A DNA stretch of 55,050 nucleotides, filler included, from Sphacelaria rigidula (Eukaryota): NCBI GenBank assembly GCA_964200075.2. It is 4 parts of 4 records of this genome, joined end to end, with 100 filler letters (N's around TTAATTAATTAA, not from the genome) between each part and the next. Parts side by side here need not be neighbours in the genome. Positions count along the whole stretch, not along the records: positions 1 to 13,689 come from CAXNAA020002720.1; positions 13,790 to 27,477 come from CAXNAA020002721.1; 2 more parts are not named here. One strand, written 5' to 3'. The notes beneath the pieces were generated by a model. The model did not search any database. It saw nothing but the letters and a program-made list of their open reading frames with translations, and was not told where the DNA came from. This document shows, in pieces, positions 12,385-25,534 of the stretch; the stretch's first letter is position 1; each line of letters opens with the position of its first letter. Position numbers and translations under genes: made by a program.

Positions 12385-13086
12385 GGCCGCTCCTGATAAC
12401 AAACAGACAAAATAATGTAAAAGCGATGTTTTGATCCTTCTTCGTCGTTTTACGCCCCAAAAGAGAGCCAGGCGGAGTTTTAGACCTTGGAATGACTTAC
12501 TCTACTCGTTGAGACGGTTCTCGAACATCTTCGCGTTGTCCGGTGGTCGCAGTTTTTATGTTGGTCAAACTTTAATTTTTGACTTTGACGGTCAAGGACG
12601 CTCAAATCTAGCAAAAAACTTTTTTTTTTCTCTGGACTTGAGCATCTCTTAACAAAAATACTTGCCTGACCAAAATACAAACTGCGGCCACCGGAAAATG
12701 CGCTCACTCTTGGGCTATTCCAAGCTTAGGTGTAAAAGTAGATTCTTGCCCTGGTAGGTTAAATCATTTATTTTTATTTTTACAACGAGATGGAGTTTTT
12801 TATGGTCAATGTAGTGAAATTTGTGGTGTCAATCATCGATTTATGCCTATTGTAGTTAAAGGCGTGCCTTTAGAAAAGTATATTGTTTGGATTAGCCAAA
12901 GACTAAAAGATTCTTAATTATATATGGTTATGACTTATACAAAAGATGTCCGGGAACCACCTCAACTAGCAAAGGAAGTCATTGCAAGGTGTCAAACTCC
13001 GCCTAGCTCTCTTTTGGGTCGTAAAACGACGAAGAAGGACGGAACAATATTTTTCACAGGATTTTGTCGTTTGATAGGGAGCGGCC
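12385..13086. mobile_element. PIF/Harbinger (Tourist-like) MITE with an AT-rich internal insertion
   Basis: TTA|GGCCGCTCC...GGAGCGGCC|TTA (3-bp TSD). Long imperfect inverted arms homologous to 33384-33846 and 43643-44114. Confidence 0.85.
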
Positions 13087-13689
13087 TTACCGCTCAAGAT
13101 TAACTCATGTTTAATTTTCACGCCGATTCTTGACGTTAGACGCTGAAACTTTGCACACGTGTACTATGGAACATCACGAAACTTTGTATGCTAGGGGTTT
13201 TTCGATGTTGTTTTCACCGTATCTTCCTCCTTGCCTCGCTGACCCGCCCTTGCTGGGGGGGGGGCGAGGGCTGCCAGCAATCTTATCCTGCGCAAATACC
13301 ACCAAACAGCCGACGGTGGAGCGGGAAAGGGATGAAAAACACGAACCCAAGGCTTGTGTCGACGTAGTTCCTGAGTTTGGACGATAGGGGGTACGGTGGC
13401 GACGAGAATCAACGTAGCTCGCACCGAACCAGACTGTCGGTAGATATTCCCCTCCGACTGCAGCCTGGTACGGCGAGGACGCGGCGTGCTCCGCCCCGGC
13501 TTTGTAGGGGCGAATGCCCGATGAGGTTGGCGTCGGTTGGCGATGACTCTATAAAACACCACTCACTGCATAAGCTAGGCAACCAGGTTACCGTTTGTTT
13601 TTTGCGCGCTTGCTTTTTTTCTTCCGGTAACCATGATGGTAGTCGAGCTAGATCATGTTGTGTGGCGTGGGAGAACCTCAACTCCGCAC

Positions 13690-13789
13690 NNNNNNNNNNN
13701 NNNNNNNNNNNNNNNNNNNNNNNNNNNNNNNNNTTAATTAATTAANNNNNNNNNNNNNNNNNNNNNNNNNNNNNNNNNNNNNNNNNNNN
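13690..13789. other. Artificial contig spacer (N44-TTAATTAATTAA-N44)
   Basis: 100-bp linker with stop codons in all six frames, present identically three times. Confidence 0.98.
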
Positions 13790-13969
13790 GGCAACCCTGT
13801 TAAATGATGATGAACCCCCTAGAGGGTTTTAATGACCGATCACCTATAATACAGGATTTTGACATCGACACGAACCCTCCGGGGATACTCCAATGCAGAA
13901 AACCCTGATGCCACATCGATGCTCTGGAGACCAAGTGTGACACAACTCAGCCACCAGGGGATTCTGACG

Positions 13970-14200
13970 GCAGCAATCCTTCACAGGATGCGATATTGAC
14001 AAAATCCCTCGAGGAAGACTCCGACGCTGAAACCCTTTACAGCGTAGCAATCCTCCAGAGGATGCGATTTCGACAAGAATCCTCGAGAGAGGGAGACTCC
14101 AATGTGGAAAATCCCCTAGGGGGGACAGCAATCGTCCAAAGGATGCGATATCGCCGAAAATCCTCTCGACGATTGCTAATACCCAAGACCCTCTAGCGGG
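13970..14200. repeat. Degenerate ~75-81-bp tandem repeat (about 3 units)
   Basis: GCAATC.TC..AGGATGCGAT.T recurs at ~13972, ~14047 and ~14128. Confidence 0.7.
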
Positions 14201-14226
14201 GCTTTTAAAACGGACGGAACCGAGTA

Positions 14227-14784
14227 CAGTTGCGACCCGGAGATAAGAAACGTCAATGTGGGGTTGAGGCTCAAAGTCTTATTTCGGGCTCAAACACCAC
14301 GGTAAGTTGTGTGCTTTCTTATATGGAGTTTTCTTATATTTCTGGCCGACCGGATCCTGTTCATTTTCTTAAATTAATCAATTGCCGTTTTCTTATATCC
14401 TCGATGTACTGCCTTCGCCACCTCCTCGCTGCACGCAAATTACCCAACGAAAGACACCCCCGCAGGTCTACAGTATCTAAGTGGCGCTACCCAAAATCAA
14501 GAACGTATGCCGCTCCCACAAAAAGTACAGTTTAGCAGGGGGGGGGTCTAGATAGAGAGGGTACGTTTCGTAGTTGGGAAGGGGCTCCCCAGTCACCTAG
14601 TTTCTTATTTCTTATGCGTATTTCAGGTATGTATCCGCGCTGTTTCTTATTTTCATGCTTGTTATCTTGTCGCCCAGTTTGAGGTGTGTTTCTTGGTCCA
14701 CTTTCTTATTTTCCGTGAAAGGCCCAGCCTCATCTTCCTAACTAAATCTTGACTAATTTTTTTCTGAATTGTGGGACGCAACTG
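14227..14784. mobile_element. Tc1/mariner-type MITE
   Basis: TA|CAGTTGCGACCC...GGGACGCAACTG|TA, with repeated internal TTTCTTAT motifs. Confidence 0.7.
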
Positions 14785-15044
14785 TATGACGTTTGAAAAA
14801 TACTCCACAAGGTAGCCGAATGGCCGCGTATGCAAACAAAGAAAACCTCATTTGAAAATCGCCATCTCCCCCTCAACGGTTTCAAGAGGGTTAACTTCAA
14901 GCGCTTTGTTCGTGGCAGTCAGGATACGAACATTGGGCATTACGTTCAGGAACGTACGAGTTATCTGATGGTGTCACCAATTTGAAAAGATTATCCCTCG
15001 ATGGGCGCTCGAAGTCTTCGCTTACTTGTACTGTAGGAAGTTTT

Positions 15045-16596
15045 CACACGTCGGACAGATCAGCTCCCCATAGCTCGGGCTAGCTCTTTTTGAGCGTAGC
15101 TCCCTAGTGAGCTGTGAGAGCTACATGAGCTACGCATGTTTTTCCTGGAGTGAGCTGTGAGAGCTGTATGAGCTACGTATCTTTACCGTACGTGAGCCAC
15201 CAACCCGTAGCTCATCAGCTCATGTTCGTCCTGGGTGAGCTATGGGAGCTGTATGAGCTACGCACGTTTGCGATAGGTGAGCTACCAACCCGTAGCTCAT
15301 CAGCTCATATTCGTCCTGAGTGAGCTATGAGAGCTGCATGAGCTACGCATGTTTGTCCGGGATGAGCTACCAACCCGTAGCTCATCAGCTCATATTAACC
15401 CTGGATGAGCTATGAGAGCTGCATGAGCTACACATCTTTGCCGCGGATGAGCTATGAGAGATGCATGAGCTACACATGTTTGCTCTGGATGAGCTATGAG
15501 AGCTAGGTGAGCTGCGAATATTTGCCCTGCATGAGCTATGAAAGCTACGAGTGCGCATTCCTTTGACCACGAGGGTAGGAAGTCTCTGAATCGGCATCAT
15601 TTACACCCGGAAAATAAAATGAATCATGCTCATTTATTAGATCGCCAACCCTCACGGTCAAAGGGCTAACCCTTTGACGGCGAGCATGGCGAGCAGAGCA
15701 TAAGTCATCTGTTGAATCGGCTCAAATTTCACTTGAATAACGTATGCACGGCCAGATGGACTCGTACCCTCGCGGCCAACCTGTCAAAAGAAATGAATCG
15801 GTCGAGTATTGTAGACACTGAATACTTATACTTTTTGTAACCAGCTGACCAAGCGAACGAGGATATGTGTTGGCTTCTCTTTTTCCTATCGCGAAGAGTG
15901 AGGCAAAACATCTCAACCTAATGACATGTGGCGCCATCCGTTGGAACAAGAATGTTACATCATAAGCGACACGGAGTTGGCCAGCGTCGAGCTAGGCATA
16001 TGACGTGAGTGAGCCACGACCATGTGTCCCTGGGGTGAGCTACCGGGCGTAGCTCATCCGCTCATGTTTTCCCCGGGTGAGCTACAAGAGCTGCGTGAGC
16101 TATACATGTTTACCTTGGATGATGAGCTATCGAGCGTAGCTCATCCGCAAATGTTTTTCCTGGGTGAGCTGTGAGAGCTACATGAGCTGCACATGTTTGC
16201 TCTGGGTGAGCTACCAACTCGTAGCTCATCAGCTCAGATTCGCCCTGGGTGGGCTATGGGAGCTACATGAACTACGCACGTTTGCGATAGGTGAGCTACC
16301 AACCCGTAGCTCATCAGCTCATATTCGTCCTGGGTGACCTATGTGAGCTGCATGAGCTACGCACGTTTGCGCTGGGTGAGCTATCAACCCGTAGCTCATC
16401 AGCTCATATTCGACGTGGGTGGGCTATGAGAGCTGCATGAGCTACGCATGTTTGTCCTGGGTGAGCTACCAACTCGTAGCTCATCAGCGCACATTTACCT
16501 TGTGTTGAGCTATCGGACGTAGCTCACATGTACATGTTTGACTACAAGTGAGCTACCGACGACAGATGAGCTAGCTCATGAGCTGTCCTACGTGTG
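15045..16596. mobile_element. Non-autonomous hAT-like transposon with 85-bp GAGCT-rich subterminal tandem arrays
   Basis: 14-bp TIR CACACGTCGGACAG / CTGTCCTACGTGTG (1 mismatch) and perfect 8-bp TSD GAAGTTTT (15037-15044, 16597-16604). Array units start at 15194, 15279 and 15364, with a second array at ~16030-16580. Confidence 0.85.
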
Positions 16597-17879
16597 GAAG
16601 TTTTCTCTTTCATATTACTTGTATTGTGTTTTGTGGTGGTTCCCACGCATGGACCGCGAAAATACCACCTGCGATAATGTTTTTCAGAGCGTCATTTGGC
16701 CTCAGTCGCACCATTAGTTCCTCATCATAACAGAATATTTTGTACGACAGTACGCAGTACAGTATCTGGTGTTGCTACTACTTGACTCTTTGCGTTTTTA
16801 CCTCATTTTTGTTGGTATCGGCGGTGTACAACAGAAATGTGGTACAGGGTATTTGAAAAATAACTCAAGATATCAAGTAGTGGAACATGACTACGGTGTG
16901 CCCGGGAATACCTGGTGGCGTTCCTGTTCATCGCGCAATCTGTCTCTTCGATTGCCAGCTCGCATCCTGGAACTACAGTCTTAGCTAAAGGGTACGACAT
17001 CCCAAGTTGAATGACACACCCCTTGATCGTAGCATAGCTGTCAGTTGCTATCGCACCTCGCTTCCACCCGTGGTAGACATCGCTCATACTCTGAATTGCG
17101 AAAGATCATTCAAGATCGTGACGGCACCCCGCGCGGTGAAGCGAGTAGCACAGAGCAGGGGCGTAGCAAGGAGAAGATAGGAGGATGACGACGTTAGAGG
17201 ATAGCTTCTTGGATGAAGTAGATGAGCTGGGTGAGATCTCCGATGAAGGATAATAAGAGTAGATGATCGGAGAGCAGGCGGCAAGAGCTGGGGGCGACGG
17301 AGATGATAATATCAGGGTAGGTTTTCGATTGTGTGCTGAGAAATCGCCTGTCCTACCTCATAAGTCGCTGCTCGTTGCCGCACCCGGTAGGCGTTGGACG
17401 GTTGACTTTACCAGTGCACTACCTATTAACCACAGTGTGAGGCGAGTTTGCGATACCGTATAGTACGGGTAGTATACGACGCGAAAGAATGCACTTGTGG
17501 TATTGCGGGGAAGGGAGTGTGGTGTGCCGCTGGACCATACTGTAGTCCGTCTTGTGTTTGCTCTTTTTCGCTTTTTTGTTGATGTCCCGATTGCTGAAGC
17601 TTATCGGAATAGTTTGTAGCACTTGAACTGCACTGCTGCCTGCTCCCATCCTGTGCTGTGCTGCACTCTTGTCTGAAGTGTTGCTTAAAACAAGTATGGA
17701 TCGGTGAAAAAGTGCGGAGTACGCTGACCGTTGCAACAGTCGCCCTTCTATCATTCTTGTCGGAAATTGCAGGGTGGTGCGTGCGTGAGTAAACTCTTAC
17801 GCCGTATCTTATCGAGGTGGGAAAATCTGTCTGCTCAAAATGTGGGCAAAATGAAGATGTACCGAGACGGAATCTGCTC

Positions 17880-19870
17880 AACCTTTTTAGGACCGGGCTC
17901 CCACTAACACAGGGTTGACCCTGTTTAAGTGGAATAATAGTAAATTAAGTCTTCGAGCAGACCCGAACGGCCAGCGCGGGGATTGTTGTCGAGTGCCACT
18001 GCAAATATCGTGTGGGGGCCCTACCCGTGGCCCAGACAAGCCTCCCCAGGTTTCCAAGTGCAGGGTGGTCGCAGCTTGGTTTGATGGTATTATTTGCACT
18101 AAGTACACCGTTCCCGAGTTTTTCCGGAGTGTTTTCTGGGTCCCAATTCTATTCTGAAACGTGGTAATTTACACTAACACGGGGTGAACCGGAACAAACC
18201 GGGAAGGAGTGTACATGCCACAATGTGGTCATTTTCACGAGGCATAAAATCCAGGTGGGCTGTGAAAAGACAAAATGAGCTACCGTAATGAATTCTGCGT
18301 ATCCCTCTGCCGATGACTTGTAGTGTGCAGTCCACATGTATGTAGTGGACGGGGATGACAAAGCTGCATATGGGCAGCTGATTTCGGTTGCTGAGAATTG
18401 CCTACAAAGTGCAAGGGAGTATGCAGCGGCAGCTGCTGCTGCAGTCGGAGAGGCGTACTATACTGTTGTATGCATGCGCACCGCAACGCTAATGCCCTTC
18501 GAAGAGAATTTGCCGCATGCAACAAGGGGGAAATGACGGCCCACCTCGATCACAAAGGGCTGTGTGGTGAGGTGATGGGGACAAAAGTATCATCCAAAAC
18601 CACAAGTGGCGGGCGGCCCGCCGGTCGCCGCATCGTGTGGGAAGCTTTTTACCACGACCCATACTGCTTGCTACATCAGATGTACACCACCTAATTCGCA
18701 CCCTGCACCTGATTATAGATTGGATGAAACTTTCGTTCATCGTCATAACCCTGCGGTTACATGCGCGGATTTTTAGCAACACGCCACTGTTTCGTGCAGA
18801 CGCCAGACGCGTCATTCCTGACCAGCCTCATTGGTCGTTCTGGAGGCCCGGTCACGTCTGACGTGTCCTGTATATGCATGAAACAGTGGCGTCACGTTGC
18901 TGAAAATCCACGTTTGTATGTAACCGCAGGGTTAGAGGAAGACCAAAATTTTCATCCAATCTATTTTCAGGCGCAGGTACAAACTGTCTGTACTGTAATT
19001 CGGGTGTTGTGCACATCAGGTGATGTACGTATGTATCAAGCACTATGAGTCGCCGTGGAGAGCTTTCAACAGGATGTGGCAACCGCCGCCCGCCACTTGT
19101 GGCCTCGGATATTGTCCCCATCACCTTGCCACACAGCCAGTTGTGGTCGGGGTGAGCCGCGATTCCCTTCTTTGTTGCAAGCAGCAAATTCTCTTCAAAC
19201 GGCATGGACATAGCGCCGCAGATGCAGTACGGTACGCCTCTTCGAATGCAGTATCGCAGCAGCTGCCGCTGCATACTCCCCCACATGTTTTGGGCAGTTC
19301 TCCGCGACGGAGATCAGCTGCCTATGCACAGCTTGTTCGTTCCCCTCGATTACATACGATCCCACCGCCCCTTGTACCGCTTCGACAGAGGGATACGCAG
19401 AATTCATGCCTGTAGCTCTGTCTCTCGTCCCACAGCGTTGCTAGATTCAGTCGCCTTGTGAACATGACCACATATATAGTAGGGTACATTTATTCTCGAA
19501 CTTCCCCCGAGCAGTACGTCTTAGTGTTATCAACTAGGGTTTACTATGGGATGATGACCCAACACAATTTCGGGGTATAGGAGGTTGGGCCTACGTAAAA
19601 TGAAGTAAATGATGAAAAAATCAGGAATCCGAGCCCCGACCACTTGGGCTTTCTTCTGATTCGAAGGCTTTTTTTGTGGGCCAGGAACAGGGTACACCAA
19701 CTTTGCAGTGACATCACTCCCGGCGACACTCCCCCCCCCGCACTGGTCGTTCGGATGTGGTCGATAAACTTCGCCTCGCCCTGATTGGACAGGTTGCTCC
19801 CAGACTTGTTTATTATTCTTTTACTGACACATGGTGAACTCCTTGTTAGTGAGCTTCAGTCCCAAAAGGG
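17880..19870. repeat. ~2-kb imperfect palindrome (fold-back) centred near 18836
   Basis: Arms pair block by block, e.g. TAACCCTGCGGTTACAT/ATGTAACCGCAGGGTTA, ATAGATTGGATGAAA/TTTCATCCAATCTAT, ATGAATTCTGCGTATCCCTCTG/CAGAGGGATACGCAGAATTCAT, CACTAACA/TGTTAGTG. Outer boundaries are approximate. Confidence 0.85.
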
Positions 19871-20665
19871 TCAATTGAATTAGCGGGCGAAGCCCGCATC
19901 ATGCGCCAAACCTCCCACACCCAGATTAGGGTAACCCAAAGTGAATTGAAAGAAGCGCGACTATGGCCGAGTGTTCAAACTCGGCACTGCCCCAAAATTG
20001 AAGACCTCTCCATAATCACACGGAGGACTAAAACGTGGGACATATCCTGTTTCACAATTATACGGCAGCTAAACCCCTCAAGTCCTCTCTCATATGTGTT
20101 GGAGCTTCCACTGTCTGTTGTGTTGTGGTTTGTTCACGCATTGCAAAGACGGTTTAGATTCCGTGAGCTGCGATATTGTCGTTGTGTTCGTCTCCGCAGT
20201 AAACAATGTTGGTCGGCACGCTGTGCTGGCTGCACACTGTTGAAAGCTTCATGGGTCTGTTGACTGTTTCGTGTTCGGTAAGACAAACAACGCGCTGTCC
20301 GCTGCTGCGACACTCCTGCTGGTGCCGTGCGTTGGGCGCCTGTACCGTACCGTACTACTGTATTGTGTTCAGTGTACAACACTGTATTATCTATGATACT
20401 GTATTCGGTTGGAACGCGCGACAAGTTAAAGCACATGAACACTTGGTGTTAGAGTACTCCCCTGGCAATTCCCAAGCGAAATGGAGCGATCTGATCGGTA
20501 ATTACCAAGCGAATCTGTCCCGCTTCAAATTCAGTCTGCCACCTTTGTGTTCATCAATGATATAGTCGGTGAAAAACCACCCGCGAAGAAGACTGGAAAA
20601 AAAGTCTATCGCCCAAACAGATGTTGGACAACCCCGGTGTTTGTCAACTCTGTTTTTGCTGACCG

Positions 20666-20853
20666 GCAATATTTTTGCTCGAAGGGGAACATGAACGTAC
20701 AGTAGGGCACATGCAAAGGTGTGACACACAGCCCAACCCAACCACACGTGCGACTGAGAGCAATATTTTTGCTCGAAGGGGAACATGAACGTACAGTAGG
20801 GCACATGCAAAGGTGTGACACACAGCCCAGCCCAACCACACGTGCGACTGAGA
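20666..20853. repeat. Near-perfect 94-bp tandem duplication
   Basis: GCAATATTTTTGCTCGAAGGGG...CGTGCGACTGAGA occurs twice (20666 and 20760). Confidence 0.95.
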
Positions 20854-23800
20854 GTCCCACAACCCACCGAAACTGAAGACTCATGGTGGGCATCTTTCCT
20901 CGTACAGTAAACTGACTTCCGTCGAAGACTACCGTGTGTAGATGAGCAAGGGCTAGCGGTGGTGTTTCAGTCCTGTGTGAAAATGAAAATATGAAAAATG
21001 TAACGACCGGAATGCCCGCACTATATGGCGTTGTGTCCATGGGTACGATCCAAATTTCATACCGCATACACTAATTTCAAGTCATTCAAATAATATTATT
21101 ACCAGTCCTTCTACATTTCATAACGCATTTCATAACGCAAACTTGGTCTTAGTCCGGACTCCGTCACACTTGTGTTCACCGGCCTTCTGCAGCCCGCAGC
21201 CGCAGTACAGGACCGTACTGCGCAGAGATGGTATCCAGGACAACAACGGCCTCACAAGGAGTGCTGTGTCTTTCTGGATACGGGTTGGTGTACCAAACGT
21301 TCGCTATGAGCGCTGTCGTGCCTGCGGGATGATTGCGGTGACCGGGGTCGGCGTTGCAGTTTCCATTTGCGCTCAACTTGCTCCTCCTCTGGTATCCTCC
21401 AGGGCTTTGGATACGGGCCGGGCATGAGGTCAGACGGTGCTATCGTCGTCGTCGTGCGTCGTGTCATGCTCCCGGACGGCACAACCCCGAGAAAAGGACT
21501 ATATCAGCATCAACGCTGCTGGCCCCCTTTTGTTGGCCGTCGTGCTTTGTTCTGGATGGCTCGTGTTGATCGGTGTCGTACAGACGGTACTCACGCGAGG
21601 CCCACCGCCTGCACAGGGTTGGCGCATCTTTCGGTAAAGATACAGTCGGTGCCGCGCCAGAAATTATTTAGAGATGCAACGGCGAAGACGACCAAGCATT
21701 ATACACACCAAAAATCGGATAGCTACCGTTAACATATATCCCTATTGCGTGTGCGACCCCGTGTGCTAGAGCACCGCCCCATTCCGAAGGTATACCGTAA
21801 GCCTGCTTCATGATGACATGGTGCTTGTGAAAAACTCGTCGATATACTGTCCTGGGGTGTAGCTAGCTGGCGGAGGGTAATGAAGCCCAGATCGGGCCTG
21901 GACATGAAAACCCCCAAACAGCTCAATCTTGTTGACCTCTCTGCGGTGCATGGGGCTTGAATAGCGCACGTGTGCCCACCAATACGGAAAGCCCGGGTTG
22001 AAGCCCTTCGAGAATAATGAAAAATAACGAAAAAATAGCTAATTTGAGTTTAATTATTTTATAACGACCCGTACCCATAAACTCGGTGCCCACCGTATTT
22101 GTGAATGCCCTCACGTCGCCCGCGTACAAAAGTCATCGTACTTTTGAACAGAAGCTTTGCTTACTAATTTCTCGATCGTGGGTGCCACCGTGAAGCTTGG
22201 TACACTAGTCGGACCCAACACGGGCAGCATGTGCACCGGAGAACAGCTTCTTTCGGTCACCGAGCAAATTAAAGTATTCGCCTGCCGATATACCGTCGAC
22301 ACACCCTCAAAACAGCTATGTCGCAGCCCAGATTCTCTGCACTGTGAGTGAATGCATATGTGGATACGGTGGTTCACTCACTGTTACGTCATGAGCACCT
22401 GGGAGGGTTCAGTGCTAGCAAGCAAACATGGATCAGTACTGGCACACCCCCTGTATGATGCCAATCTGTAGCAAAGTCGTTACGGTATCGCCTGTGGAGA
22501 TGCTCAGTGCGGGAGGTACGGTCAAGCACGCGCTGTCGTCGCTGCAAGGCGCCAAACTATTGGCCACACGTCATGTAAACCACAATTAACAAGCCCATGT
22601 GTGTGGATCTGAGGTTGAGCGTTGCAACAGTGCACGAGGGGGTGAAAAGAGCTCAGATTCCGACCCGCGCATGGCGGTGGGTGTTTGTACGTGTTTGTTC
22701 GGGGCTCGGTGTGTTGTCGCGTTTTTTCCTGTACCAGCACAAATATTTTGAACCAACGGCCACTGCCAGAACGCCGTAGTTTTTACCCTGCGCACAGATC
22801 TGGCTTGGATCTGGACAGAAAAACGGCTTCTTGATATCACTGAAAGTGGTCGCTGTTGTCATAAATCTGTCAGCAAACAGATTTTGCTAGCAGATTTTGA
22901 CCTCCCTCGATCAGACACGACGTTAGTGTATCCCTGTTGGCGCCCTTGGCCGACTTTTCCAAGAATCCCCACTTGACAGTTCCACCAGTCTTTCGAGGAT
23001 GACCACTGCAGGCGTTTGTGACTGCCAGCGGACCGCGTGAGCGCTAAAACCTTTTTGTACGCTGACGTATCCTCGATCTGTAGAAGCACACATCTTTTTA
23101 AAATACGGCTCAGTCATATATGTTTGCCGACGACAGGTTTGCAGGGCCCTATTGTAACTACACATGTGTTTGATTATTTTTTCACGTTGAGGGTCATTTT
23201 CTGAAGTGGGGTCCGGCTCACACCCTCCTCACGATCAGTAACGTACTCTGTCGTAGTGCCTTGCGGTAGTACACGACATCGTTGACTCTGAGTGTAGTGC
23301 GGTTGTAGGATTGACACAGTACTACGAGTGCAGTGCAGTACATCACCCAGAAAGCACCTTACGATGCCGCACCGTGACACTGTACTGTGGCACGGCATAT
23401 TTCAGTACACCGCACATACTTAAGCATCGTAGCAGGGCGTTGCCCACTTGTTTCATTGTCTTGATTTTTTCAAACTTTGCGCAAAACCCGCTCAACCATG
23501 CAACCTCAGCTGTTGCATTCCTGTTGGGCATAACTAAGAATTGGGAGAAATTCGATTCAGTAGACCAGTTTTTATGGTGACATGACTCTTGATATTGTGC
23601 TGATTAAGTTTGGTCACATTGAGATTTCCCCGTTATGGATCCCAATCTAGCCTGGATTAGGGGAGCCCACATTGGGAAATCTCGATTTCCGCCCGAATTT
23701 TCCCCGGTCTGCACGGAGATCAGGGGAGACTTGTGCACCCTTTTAAGTATACGAAAGTGCACGTGCGTACAGTGACGCACTACGCTGAGAGAGCATGACG

Positions 23801-24199
23801 CGTTCGGCATTTTCGAGACCGCAGCAGCACACAGTGTCATGTGAAAGCACAGACCGTTTGTGTGCTTGCAGCAGCTTCGTTACGGATCATCCTCCGCTTG
23901 ATCCCGTCATCTCGACACACGGTGGTGTACGATAATGGGTGAGTTGGTTTGGTGTTACCACCTCCACACACGATATTATATGATGAGAGTCAGGTCGACC
24001 ACGATGTAGGAAGCCCTCTACCAATCATTCTAGAACGCACCGGTGAGTCAACACTAATGATCTTGCCTATGGATGGTAACCTCGCATGAGGGTCGGGGCG
24101 GGGCGGGGGCGACTAAAAACGTCGAATCGCGAGTTTGTAACGAAGAACCTCAAACGTAGTGCTCACGTTCAAATCAAAGAGTGAAACCTGTATAGAGGA

Positions 24200-24250
24200 A
24201 GATTGATCGACCGATTGATTGATTGATTGTCGCACATCAACTCAGCCACC
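24200..24250 (-). mobile_element. Very short LINE 3' end with (AATC)n tail
   Basis: The minus strand reads AGTTGATGTGCGACAATCAATCAATC, as at ~35585 and ~44325. Confidence 0.6.
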
Positions 24251-24689
24251 ATGCATCCATCCGTGTCCACAAGTACATTAGTATGTGGACCTATATCAAG
24301 TACCCCTTTACCAAGTATTTTGATCTTTATGAACATGAAGTTATGTATTTTTCGTGTCCACCGCCGTTTCAAGCGTTGGGCTTCAGTGTGAGGCAGTCTC
24401 TGGAACAAAGTATGGTGACCTATACACTGCAAATGATGTATGCTTTCTTGACACAACAACATCCGCACGGTGTTGCTCCACGTAGGTTCGCCCACTGTAA
24501 TTATAATCATTGCCAATGATAGGGACGTGCATGGCTTATCAGCTTCTGTCTTTCGATATCTTGACTAACATCACACAATAAAATTCATCATGTCAGGCAG
24601 ATTTTGGTGCCCATATCGTGATATTTCGTGTAATTTCAACTGATATGTCGGGCTGATTTTACTGCCCCATGTGCATCCCTAGCTGATGA

Positions 24690-25440
24690 TGATGGTGGAT
24701 CACGGCACCACCTTGACGCCCTCGACGGAGCTACCCGCGGTAGCCATGATAGACTTGACCACACAGTCGGTGGTGGCCGAGATATGATTTGAACAATCCC
24801 CGCGGTATTCACGGCGCCCTCTGCCGCGTCCTGTCCCCTCGTCACCACGGTACCCGCGGTAGCCGTGTCGGACTCTACTGCACCGCCGGTGATGGCCGAA
24901 ACATGATCGAATACGACACCCGCGGTGCTCACGGCGTCCTCTGCCGCGTCCTTTCCCAACGTCACCACGTCACCAGCTAGTGCCATGGCGACGATGGGGA
25001 AGGACGCGGCAGAGGGCGCCGTGAGCACCGCCGGTATCGTATTCGATCATGGTTCGGCCACAACCGGCGATGTAGTCCAGTCCGACACGGCTACCGCAGG
25101 TTCCGTGGTGACGATGGGGAAGAATGCGGCAGAGGGCGCCGTGAGCACCGCCGGTATCGTATTCGATCACGGTTCGGCCACAACCGGCGATGTAGTCAAG
25201 TCCGTCATGGCTACTAGCTGGTACCGCGGTGACGATGGGGAAGAATGCGGTAGAGGGCGTCGTGAGCACCGCCGGTATCGTTCTTGATCATGTTTCGGCC
25301 ACCACCAGCGATGTAGTGACGTCCGTCACTTCAACAGGTGGTACTGTCGCCGGTGGTGGCCGAAACATGATCAAGAACGATACCGGCGGTGCTCACGGCG
25401 CCCTCTGCCGCGTTTTTCCTCATCGTCGCGGCGCCCGCAT
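24690..25440. repeat. 120-bp repeat array (40-aa unit VTMGKNAAEGAVSTAGIVFDHGSATTGDVVQSDTATAGSV) with an inverted central block
   Basis: Plus-strand units start at ~24990, 25110 and 25231. Minus-strand units lie at ~24690-24985 and ~25345-25430. Confidence 0.9.
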
Positions 25441-25484
25441 AGGTGGCCGCCGCTGATTCTAACACCCAGAGATAAACAACATCC

Positions 25485-25485
<1 letters not shown>

Positions 25486-25532
<47 letters not shown>
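25486..25532. repeat. (CA)n microsatellite
   Basis: Read directly from the sequence. Confidence 0.98.

Positions 25533-25534
<2 letters not shown>

Noticed and set aside
13734..13745. TTAATTAATTAA as a biological motif
   Set aside because: It is embedded in N runs and identical at all three joins, so it is an assembly linker.
15100..16580. Regular palindromic GAGCTAC...GTAGCTC repeats as a CRISPR-like array
   Set aside because: The intervening sequences are themselves repeated (85-bp tandem unit) and the arrays are bounded by a TIR and TSD.
21143..23100. Exon-like ORFs in contig 2 (21143-21640 +, 22111-22350 -, 22860-23080 -)
   Set aside because: No phase-consistent model or recognisable domain could be built, and in-frame stops are present.
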